From: an uncultured Burkholderiales bacterium
GTDB lineage: Bacteria; Pseudomonadota; Gammaproteobacteria; Burkholderiales; Burkholderiaceae_C
Direction of reading: 5' to 3'
DNA length: 39,654 nt
Assembly (NCBI GenBank): GCA_902826345.1
Contig: CADEEN010000001.1
Span: forward strand, 1-39,654
In this document: positions 28,559-37,440 of the stretch, in pieces
Layout of the letters: each line of letters begins with the position of its first letter
How positions within the stretch are numbered: position 1 is the stretch's first letter
The notes under the pieces: model-generated
What the model was told of the DNA's origin: nothing
The model's input: the letters and a program-made list of their open reading frames with translations, nothing else
Database searches by the model: none
Program-made: the position numbers and the translations under genes

Positions 28559-29596
28559 ATGACGATGAAGCCCTCTGTTCACCACACGCTGCTCGCCGCA
28601 CTGCTCGGCGCCGCCGGCGCGCCTTCGTTCGCGCAGGGCCCGGGCGAGCTCGTGCTCTATTGCGGCGTGCAGGAAGAGTGGTGCCGGCCGATGGCCGCGG
28701 CCTTCGAGAAGGCGACCAACATCAAGGTGCTGATGACGCGCAAGAGCTCGGGCGAGATCTATGCGCAGATCAAGGCCGAGGCGGCGAACCCGAAGGGCGA
28801 CGTCTGGTGGGGCGGCACCGGGGACCCGCAACTGCAAGCAGCCGAAGAAGCGCTGACCGACCCGTATGTATCGCCCAAGCTCGACGAGTTGCAGGACTGG
28901 GCCGTCAAGCAGGCGCGCGCGTCCAAGTTCCGCACCGTCGGCATCTATGCCGGCGCGCTCGGCTACAGCTTCAACACGCAGGAGCTCGCCAAGCGCAAGC
29001 TGGCCGAGCCGAAGTGCTGGGCCGATCTGGCCAAGCCGATCTACAAGGACGACGTGCAGGTGGCGAACCCGAACTCGTCGGGCACCGCCTACACGATGCT
29101 GGCGACACTGGTGCAACTGCTCGGTGAGCAGAAGGCCTTCGATCTGATGAAGGCGATGCACAAGAACGTCAACCAGTACACGAAGAGCGGCGCGGCGCCG
29201 GCGCGCGTGGCCGCCACCGGAGAAAGTCTCATCGGCATCACCTTCCAGCACGACGCGGTGACGCAAGCCGTCAACGGCGCGCCGGTGAAGGTCGTCTCGC
29301 CGTGCGAAGGCACCGGCTACGAGATCGGCTCGATGAGCATCATCAAGGGCGCGAAGAACCTGGCCAACGCGCGCAAGTGGTACGACTGGGCGCTGTCGCC
29401 CGAGGCGCAGGCCATCGCCGGCGCGGCGAAGAGTTTTCAGGTGCCATCGAACAAGAAGGCGCCGGTGCCCGAGCAGGCGCCCAAGCTGGCGAACATCAAG
29501 CTGATCGACTACGACTTCGCCAAGTACGGCTCGTCGGCCGAGCGCACGCGGCTGCTGAAGAAGTGGGACGATGAAGTAAGCAAGTTGCCGAAGTGA
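28559..29596 (+). CDS. ABC transporter periplasmic binding protein, PotD/AfuA/Fbp-type (family often annotated as putative 2-aminoethylphosphonate SBP)
   Basis: Start at MTMKPSVHHTLLAALLGAAGAPSFAQG, preceded by AGGAGA (28552-28557). LVLYCGVQEEWCRPMAAAFEKATNIKV...GDVWWGG are typical of the iron/polyamine/phosphonate SBP cluster. Confidence 0.8.
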   Translation: MTMKPSVHHTLLAALLGAAGAPSFAQGPGELVLYCGVQEEWCRPMAAAFEKATNIKVLMTRKSSGEIYAQIKAEAANPKGDVWWGGTGDPQLQAAEEALTDPYVSPKLDELQDWAVKQARASKFRTVGIYAGALGYSFNTQELAKRKLAEPKCWADLAKPIYKDDVQVANPNSSGTAYTMLATLVQLLGEQKAFDLMKAMHKNVNQYTKSGAAPARVAATGESLIGITFQHDAVTQAVNGAPVKVVSPCEGTGYEIGSMSIIKGAKNLANARKWYDWALSPEAQAIAGAAKSFQVPSNKKAPVPEQAPKLANIKLIDYDFAKYGSSAERTRLLKKWDDEVSKLPK

Positions 29597-31505
29597 CCGC
29601 CGCGCGCGGCATCGCGCCGCTGCTGGCGGCAGCCAGCGGCGCGGCGGTGCTGGTCTTCCTCGGCCAGGGCTTCATGCAGGGCGCCGGCGGCACGGCGTTC
29701 GGCGCGCTGCACTACGCCGCGCTGCTGGCGCTGGTCTTCGTCTTCGCGCGCTCGCTGGCGCGCAGCGGCTTCTTCGTCGGCGACATCACGGTGGCCAGCA
29801 TCGTCGTCGTCATCGCCGCGCTGCTCGGCTTGTTCATCTTCTTTCCGGTCGGCAAGTCGCTGCTCGCGGCGTTGCTCGACAACCAGGGGCGCTTTGCGCC
29901 GACCCTCGCCTTCGAGCGCCTGCTCGCACCTGACATCTGGGGCCTGGGCTGCTTCGGCGGCGGCACGCAATGCGGCGTGGCGATCAACTCGGTCGTGCTG
30001 GCCACCATCGTCGGCTTCGGCACGACGATCATCGGCCTGGTGATGGCGCTGGCCGCACAGCGCGGTGGCCAGCGCTTCTCGGGGCTGTACCGCGTCATGG
30101 CGGTGCTGCCGATCGTCACGCCGCCGTTCGTCATCGCGCTCGCGCTGGTCGTGCTGTTCGGCCGCACGGGGCTCGTCACGAGCTGGCTGAACACGCTGTT
30201 CGACCTGCCGCGCACACGCTGGATCTACGGCCTCACCGGCGTCACGCTGGCGCAACTGCTGACCTTCACGCCGATCGCTTTCATGATCCTGCACGGTGCG
30301 CTCGCGGCCGTCAGCCCGTCGCTCGAAGAAGCGGCGCAAACGCTGCGCGCGTCGCGAGCGCGCGTCTTTCGCACCGTGACCTGGCCGCTGCTGCGTCCTG
30401 CGCTGGCCAACTCGTTTTTGCTCGGCTTCGTCGAAAGCCTGGCTGACTTCGGCAACCCTGTCGTGCTCGCCGGCAACTACGAGGTGTTGTCGACCAAGAT
30501 CTTCTTCGCCGTGGCCGGCGCGCAGCACGAGCCCGGCCGCGCCGCCGCACTGGCCACGGTGCTGCTGGCCTTCACGCTGCTCGCCTTCTGGCTGCAGCAG
30601 CGCTGGCTCGGCCGCGCGAGTTACGTCAGCGTCAGCGGCAAGGGCGATGCGGGGCTGCCGGCGCCCTTGCCGGACGGGCTGCGCCGCGCCTGTGTCGGCT
30701 TTGCGATGGCCTGGATCGTCTTCACGCTGGCCTGCTATGCGGTGATCCTGGTCGGCGGCTTCGTCAAGGACATCGGCCGCGGCGACATGACGCCGGTGAT
30801 CGCGCACTTCAAGGAAGGCTTCACCGTCGAGTGGCGCGACGGCGCGCCGGCCTTCGTCGGCTCGGCGTGGAACAGCTTTTTCACGACGATCGAAGTGGCG
30901 GCCATCGCCGCGCCGCTGACGGCCATCGTCGGCCTGCTCGCTGCCTACGTCATCACGCGCCAGCAGTTCGCCGGCCGGCGCGCGTTCGAGTTCCTGACGA
31001 TGGTGGCGTTTGCCGTGCCGGGCACGGTGATCGGCGTGGCCTACATCGTCGCCTTCAACGTGCCGCCGCTCGAGCTGACAGGAGGCCTGGCGATCCTCGT
31101 CCTGTGCTTCGTCTTCCGCAACATGCCGGTGGGGGTGCGCGCCGGCATCGCGGCGCTGGCGCAGATCGACAAGAGTCTCGATGAAGCGTCATCGACGCTG
31201 CGCGCCTCGACCTGGCGCACGTTGACCAAAGTCGTGCTGCCGCTGTTGAAGCCCGCGATCGTCGCCACGCTGATCTTCTCGTTCACGCATGCGATGACGG
31301 CCGTGAGCGCGGTGATCTTCCTGGCCACCGCCAAGTACAACCTGGCCACCGTCTACATCATCGGCCGCGTCGAGGCCGGCGAGTACCCGCTGGCGATTGC
31401 GTACTCCACCGTGCTGATCGTCTTCATGCTGACGGTGCTGCTGCTGGTGCAGCGCGCTACCGGCAGCGTGAAGATCGGCCGCCGTCCTCTCGTCACGGGC
31501 TCCTC

Positions 31506-31509
<4 letters not shown>
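29593..31509 (+). CDS. Fused double-domain ABC transporter permease (FbpB/AfuB-like, about 12 TM)
   Basis: 638 aa with two BPD-transporter halves, each carrying an EAA-like loop (SLEEAAQTLRASRARVF and SLDEASSTLRASTWRTL). The start overlaps the SBP stop. Confidence 0.85.
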
Positions 31510-32570
<1,061 letters not shown>

Positions 32571-32615
32571 CGTTTGAGTTCAGCAGCCGCTAGCGGCGCG
32601 CCCTTGCACCTGAGG

Positions 32616-33143
32616 CTAGGCGCCTTGTGCAGGCGTCGCGGAAGTCGGCTTTGCATTTGCCCAATCGGCGTCTGGGTCTGCTATCTCTACCTTGATGACT
32701 TGCTCTTTGAACCCAGTTGACTGAAGCAGGTTGTATTGATCTTTCAGCGCCTCTACAGGATGCTGCCAATCATGGAGGTAGTAGATCGCAGCCACCTTTG
32801 CTTGAAGCATTGCTTTCGTGCAATCGAAGCAAGGCCGGAGCGTTGAATACATGACGGCGCCTTCGACTGCATTCCCAAACCTTGCTGCGGAGATAAGCGC
32901 ATTCTGTTCGGCGTGAACGCAAATGCAAACGTCATATCCAACACTGGCTTGATAGGTTGCTCGATCCTTGCAACGCACACACCCACCGTCCAGACAGTTC
33001 GTGATGCCTTCGGGAGTTCCGTTGTAGCCAGTGGCAATGATTCGGTTGTCACGAACCAACACGGCGCCGACCTTGCGCCCCATGCAGTTTGCGTTCTTCC
33101 TGACCGCCATGGCGATATTCATGTAGTACTGATCTTTTTCCAC
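32616..33143 (-). CDS. Zn-dependent deoxycytidylate (dCMP) deaminase-like protein (ComEB/CDA superfamily) in a low-GC segment
   Basis: 175 aa with a GTG start (33143-33141) and GGAGG 4-5 nt upstream. Motifs: GYNGTP, CVHAEQNA (H-A-E) and PCFDCTK (PCxxC). A CLDGGCVRC cluster resembles the ComEB structural Zn region. Confidence 0.85.
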   Translation of the reverse strand: MEKDQYYMNIAMAVRKNANCMGRKVGAVLVRDNRIIATGYNGTPEGITNCLDGGCVRCKDRATYQASVGYDVCICVHAEQNALISAARFGNAVEGAVMYSTLRPCFDCTKAMLQAKVAAIYYLHDWQHPVEALKDQYNLLQSTGFKEQVIKVEIADPDADWANAKPTSATPAQGA

Positions 33144-33202
33144 GCAACCTCCGGCGGCAACGAGTTGATGAGTCAGCAGCGCTTGCAGTGCCTCGATCGA
33201 CC

Positions 33203-33730
33203 TTATCCCAAACGCAGCGCCATGAATACCGCGCTATCGCGGTACGCATCGAGCGCCGCCTCGTCCTGATAGTGGCGCATGCCGCTGTCGTCGTGCGGCG
33301 GCAGCTCGACAAAACCAACCGAGCGGTACAACGCATGCGCCGCCGCAAGGCTCTTCAGGCTCTCCAACCGCACCGCGTCGCAACCCATCGCACGCGCGTC
33401 GTCGAGCAAGCGGCGGAGCAGCAAGCGCGCGGCGCCATGGCCGCGCGATGCCGGCTGCACGTACATGCGCTGGATCTCCGCGGTGATGGCATCGATGCGC
33501 TGCAGCGCGCCGACGCCGACGAACGCCTGCGCATCGCGCAACAGGTAGAAGCGGCCGTGCGGCGCGTAGAACTTGCTTCGGTCACCGATATCCGACACCA
33601 GCATCGCTTCGGTGTCGAAGGCGAGGCCATGGCGTTCGGCAGCCACGCCCGCCACCCACGACAGGTACTCGCCGAGCAGACGGCGCGCCGCTGCGGTGGT
33701 GGCGTCGTCGCCGACAGGCACCAACTCCAT
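33203..33730 (-). CDS. GNAT-family N-acetyltransferase
   Basis: 175 aa. Acetyl-CoA motif A: IQRMYVQPASRGHGAARLLLRRLLDDA. Confidence 0.8.
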   Translation of the reverse strand: MELVPVGDDATTAAARRLLGEYLSWVAGVAAERHGLAFDTEAMLVSDIGDRSKFYAPHGRFYLLRDAQAFVGVGALQRIDAITAEIQRMYVQPASRGHGAARLLLRRLLDDARAMGCDAVRLESLKSLAAAHALYRSVGFVELPPHDDSGMRHYQDEAALDAYRDSAVFMALRLG

Positions 33731-33741
33731 CGCGCTCGCCG

Positions 33742-34107
33742 TCAGATAACGCGCCGCGGCGCCGCCGTTTGCACATCGCCGCTGTTGGGCGTGCCGGTGG
33801 GTTCGATCAGCAGCAGGTGAACTTCGCCCACCGCGCGCGGCCGGTGCTCGATGCCTTTGGGCACGATGAACATCTGCCCCGGCCCGAGGGTGACGGTGCC
33901 CTCCGGCCCGCCCCGCAAGTCGATCTGCAACTCACCCCTCAACACAAGAAAAAAGTCGTCGCTGTCGGCATGCGAGTGCCAGCTGAACTCGCCTTGCACC
34001 TTGACGACCATCACGTCGTGGCCGTTGTACTCGGCCACGGTGCGCGGCGCCCAATGGTCGTGGAACAGGGTCAGCTTGTGCTGCAGGTCGATGGCTTGGG
34101 TGGTCAT
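33742..34107 (-). CDS. Small single-domain cupin protein
   Basis: Start at MTTQAIDLQHKLTLF, 121 aa. Cupin motifs WHSHADSDDFFLVLRGEL and MFIVPKGIEHRP. The long upstream part of the track ORF is antisense to the AraC gene and is discarded. Confidence 0.75.
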   Translation of the reverse strand: MTTQAIDLQHKLTLFHDHWAPRTVAEYNGHDVMVVKVQGEFSWHSHADSDDFFLVLRGELQIDLRGGPEGTVTLGPGQMFIVPKGIEHRPRAVGEVHLLLIEPTGTPNSGDVQTAAPRRVI

Positions 34108-34155
34108 GGGCGGACGATGCCAGCGCGCGGCGCCCGTGTCTTGTACGCTTGTTGC

Positions 34156-35007
34156 ATGGCGATGAACGAGTGGGCGCGTTACCGGCGCGGGCCGATCGAC
34201 GGCGTGACGCGATTCGACGCGCGCTTCGTCGGCCATGTCTTCGAGCGCCACAGCCACGACACGTTCTCGATCGGCGTCACCACCGGCGGCGTGCAGCGTT
34301 TCGATTGCCGCGGCGCGCGCCATGACAGCGTGCCCGGCGACATCATCCTGTTCAACCCGGACGAGATGCACGATGGCCGCGCCGGCGCGCATGAGAGCTT
34401 TTTCTGCTACTCGATGCTGTACGTGGCGCCCGCCGCGCTGAGCGAGATGCTCGGTGGATCGCAAGGCGCAGCGCCGTGCGGACATTGGCGCCGGCCGCAC
34501 GTTCACGACCCGGCGCTGGCGCGCGGGTTGCTCGCGACGATGGCCGCGCTGACGCAACCCGGCGAGACGCTGCGCGCGCAGGCCCTGCTCGCACGGGCGC
34601 TGCGACGGGTGCTGCTCCGCCACGGCGAGGCGCCGCCGCCGGACGTCGGCGCCGATGCGGCCCGGCAGCGCTTGAACAGCGTGCGCGATTTCATCGAAGC
34701 GCACCACGGCGAAGACCTGCGCATCGAGGCGTTGGCCACGCTCGCCGGCCTGTCGCGCGCGCACCTGACGCGCGCCTTCAGCCGCGCCTTCGGCGTGGCG
34801 CCGCACGGCTACCTGAACGCGGTGCGCTTGCGCCGGGCGCAGCAGGCCTTGCTGCGCGGGCAATCCCTCACCGAGGCCGCAGTCGCTTCGGGCTTCGCCG
34901 ATCAGAGCCATTTCACACGCCGCTTCAAGGGCGCGTTCGGCGTGCCGCCGGGCGCCTGGCTGACGCAGATGCATGCGGCGCGCCACCCTGCACAATCACT
35001 CGCTTGA
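34156..35007 (+). CDS. AraC-family transcriptional regulator (cupin-type sensor + HTH_18)
   Basis: Start at MAMNEWARYRRGP. N-terminal AraC-binding-like domain (FERHSHDTFSIGVTTGG). C-terminal dual HTH (LAGLSRAHLTRAFSRAFGVAPHGYLNAVRL...GFADQSHFTRRFKGAFGVPPGAW). Confidence 0.85.
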   Translation: MAMNEWARYRRGPIDGVTRFDARFVGHVFERHSHDTFSIGVTTGGVQRFDCRGARHDSVPGDIILFNPDEMHDGRAGAHESFFCYSMLYVAPAALSEMLGGSQGAAPCGHWRRPHVHDPALARGLLATMAALTQPGETLRAQALLARALRRVLLRHGEAPPPDVGADAARQRLNSVRDFIEAHHGEDLRIEALATLAGLSRAHLTRAFSRAFGVAPHGYLNAVRLRRAQQALLRGQSLTEAAVASGFADQSHFTRRFKGAFGVPPGAWLTQMHAARHPAQSLA

Positions 35008-35039
35008 AGTAGTACCCGGGCCGTGCGCCCGTTTCCCGC

Positions 35040-36707
35040 ATGACCACCGCACGCCGCGCCGTGCTGGCGCTGATCGCGCTCGCGCTGCTCAACGCCGCAC
35101 TCAGTTTTCGCAACCTCTGGCCAACGCCCGGCATCACGCTCGACACCCGCCTGGCGCCGGAGTTCGTGGCGCTGTGGCTGCTGTTGTTGGCCGGCGTGGC
35201 CTGGCGCGGCGCGCTGACCGCGCGCGTGGTCACGGTGCTGGCGGCCGCCTGGCTGATGCTGGCGCTGGGCCGCTATGCCGACGTCACCGTGCCGACGCTG
35301 TTCGGCCGCGCGGTGAACCTGTACTGGGACGGCCAGCAGATACCGCGCTTCCTGCTGACCGCATCGCGCGAGTCGCCGGGCTGGCTCGTCGCCGCCGTCG
35401 TCGCCGCGGTCGCGGCTGCGCTGACGGCGCTGTTCATGCTGCTGCGCTGGGCCGTGCACACCGTGGCCCACGATGCCGTGCCGTATGCGCTGCGCACGCG
35501 CTGGACCTGGCTGCCGACGCTGGCCGCGGTGGCCGCCGTGGGGGTGCATCAGGCGGGCGCGGCGCCGGGCGTGACCTGGCATCTGGTGACGCACCCGGTG
35601 ACGCCCACCTACGCGCGCCAGGCCTGGCTGCTCAGCACGGCGTTGTCGCCGCAGCGCCTGGCCGAGACGCTGCCGACCTCGGCCGCGCTGGACGCGGCGC
35701 TGGTGCAACCGGCACAAGCCATCGGCGCCTTGCGCGGCCGCGACTTCAAGTTGTTCTTCCTCGAGTCGTACGGCGCCATGGCCTACGAGCATGCACGCGC
35801 GGCGCCGGCCTTGGCCGCATCGCGGCAGCAGCTCGAACAGGACATCACCGCCAGCGGACGCGTGGTGGCCTCGGCCTTCGTGCGTGCTTCCACCTTCGCC
35901 GGGGCGTCGGAGCTGTCGCACCTGAGCCTGCTGTCGGGCGTGGATCTGTCCGACCCGCTGCGCCACGACCTGATGCTGACGACGCAGCGGCCGACCCTCG
36001 TCTCGCTGTTTCGCGGCGCCGGCTACCAGACCGCCGGCCTGTACCCGGCGCTGAGTTGGGACTGGGACGAGCGCGCGTTCTACGGCTTCGATCTGTTCCT
36101 CGACGCGCGCGAGTTGAACTGGCGCGGCCCGGCGCTGGGTTACTGGAAAGTGCCCGACCAGTACAGCCTGGCGCGTTTCGAGCAACTGCATCCGCCGGGC
36201 GCCGGCGCGGCGCCGCGCTTCCTGTTCTTTCCGACCATCAGCTCGCACCTGCCCTTCGGTCCGGTGCCGCCGTACCAGAGCGACTGGCAGCGCCTGCTGT
36301 CGGCCGACCCATACGGCGCTGAGGTGTCGCGCCGGCTCGTCGCCGCGCCGGTGAACTGGAACGACATGCTGCCCAACTACATCGGCATGTTCGACTACAC
36401 CTACCGCTGGCTCGGCGGCTATTTGCGGCAACCCGAGGCGCGTGAATCGGTGATGCTGTGGGTGGGCGACCACCAGCCCGCGGCCAGCGTCAGCGGCCCC
36501 GGCGCGAGCTGGGACGTGCCGGTGCACATCGTCACGCGCGACCGCGCGCTGTTGCAGCGTTTCATCGCCCAGGGCTTCGTTGCGGGCCTGACACCGGAGC
36601 GCGCACCGCTGGGCGGCATGCACGACCTGACGACGCTGCTGCTGCGCGCCTTGGACGCGCGGCCGCCCGCTGCCAGCGCTATTTCACCAGCGGCCGCACG
36701 CTGGTGA
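35040..36707 (+). CDS. Membrane-anchored alkaline-phosphatase-superfamily protein (LtaS/OpgB/sulfatase-like)
   Basis: 555 aa. About 4-5 N-terminal TM helices, then FKLFFLESYG (metal-binding Glu context), TFAGASELSHLSLLSG (candidate nucleophile region) and WVGDHQP (GDH metal motif). Family-level call only. Confidence 0.6.
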   Translation: MTTARRAVLALIALALLNAALSFRNLWPTPGITLDTRLAPEFVALWLLLLAGVAWRGALTARVVTVLAAAWLMLALGRYADVTVPTLFGRAVNLYWDGQQIPRFLLTASRESPGWLVAAVVAAVAAALTALFMLLRWAVHTVAHDAVPYALRTRWTWLPTLAAVAAVGVHQAGAAPGVTWHLVTHPVTPTYARQAWLLSTALSPQRLAETLPTSAALDAALVQPAQAIGALRGRDFKLFFLESYGAMAYEHARAAPALAASRQQLEQDITASGRVVASAFVRASTFAGASELSHLSLLSGVDLSDPLRHDLMLTTQRPTLVSLFRGAGYQTAGLYPALSWDWDERAFYGFDLFLDARELNWRGPALGYWKVPDQYSLARFEQLHPPGAGAAPRFLFFPTISSHLPFGPVPPYQSDWQRLLSADPYGAEVSRRLVAAPVNWNDMLPNYIGMFDYTYRWLGGYLRQPEARESVMLWVGDHQPAASVSGPGASWDVPVHIVTRDRALLQRFIAQGFVAGLTPERAPLGGMHDLTTLLLRALDARPPAASAISPAAARW

Positions 36708-37419
36708 AGCCACCGTCCACCGGGATCACCTGCCCGGTGATGCGCGACGCCGCGTCCGACAGCAACCACGCCATCACCGCGGCCACGCTGTCGGCCGACT
36801 GCACGCCGCCGAGCGGGTATTGCTTGCCGGCGCCTTCGCGCATGGCCGGCACTTTCAACATGCCGGCGGTCATCGGCGTCTCGGTCATGCCGGGGGCGAC
36901 GACGTTGATGCGCAGGCCGAGCGGCGCGTAGGTGGCCGCGGCGCTGCGCGCCAGCGCTTCGACGCCGCCTTTGGCGGCAGCGATGGCTTCGTGGTTGGCC
37001 ACGCCGATGCGCGCGACGACGGAGCTGGCGAACACAGCCGCACCGGGTGTCGATGATCCACGCAGCGCTTCGACCCAGGCGCCGAGCATGAACACCGCAC
37101 TGTCGAGGTTGATCCGCATCACGTCGCGATATGCCTCGGCGCTGGTGCGGTGCAGCGGCGCGATCAGCGTGCTGCCGACGCAGTGCGCGAGCACGGTCGG
37201 CGGCGCATCGAAAGTCTGTTTGCAAGCGGCGATGGCGGCCGCGGCGCCTTCGGGCGTGGTCGTGTCGGCGGCGATGCGCGCCTCGGCGGGCACGTCTTGC
37301 AGCTGCGCCGCGTCACGGCCGACGGCGGCGACGCGCCAGCCGAGCGCGTGCAACTGCGTGCACAAGGCGCGGCCGATGCCGCCGCGGGCGCCGGTGATGA
37401 GAGCGATCGGTGATGTCAT
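36679..37419 (-). CDS. Short-chain dehydrogenase/reductase-fold protein, atypical (no catalytic Tyr)
   Basis: 246 aa. TGARGGIGRA cofactor motif and INVVAPGMTETPM. The YxxxK position reads IAAAK (HEAIAAAKGGVEAL). Confidence 0.8.
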   Translation of the reverse strand: MTSPIALITGARGGIGRALCTQLHALGWRVAAVGRDAAQLQDVPAEARIAADTTTPEGAAAAIAACKQTFDAPPTVLAHCVGSTLIAPLHRTSAEAYRDVMRINLDSAVFMLGAWVEALRGSSTPGAAVFASSVVARIGVANHEAIAAAKGGVEALARSAAATYAPLGLRINVVAPGMTETPMTAGMLKVPAMREGAGKQYPLGGVQSADSVAAVMAWLLSDAASRITGQVIPVDGGFTSVRPLVK

Positions 37420-37440
37420 GGCAGCGGCTTTCGTTGAACG

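Noticed and set aside
32571-32615. Integron attC-like site or gene cassette structure downstream of the deaminase
   Set aside because: I could find no GTTRRRY core sites on either flank. There is no integrase in the window, and the local repeats (GCGCCCTTGCAC / GCGCCTTGTGCA) are direct rather than the inverted R/L boxes of attC.
32616-33143. Idea that the deaminase is a known anti-phage dCTP/dCMP-deaminase defence protein
   Set aside because: The described defence deaminases are large fusions with an N-terminal kinase/P-loop domain. This 175-aa protein is a plain ComEB-like dCMP deaminase, and no other defence gene is adjacent. It is kept only as a compositional anomaly.
34902-36623. 573-aa minus-strand ORF (and 34973..36322 plus, 449 aa) across the sulfatase-like gene
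   Set aside because: The Arg/Gly/Ala-rich translations lack TM segments or motifs. The 35040..36707 frame gives a plausible membrane protein with alkaline-phosphatase-superfamily motifs.
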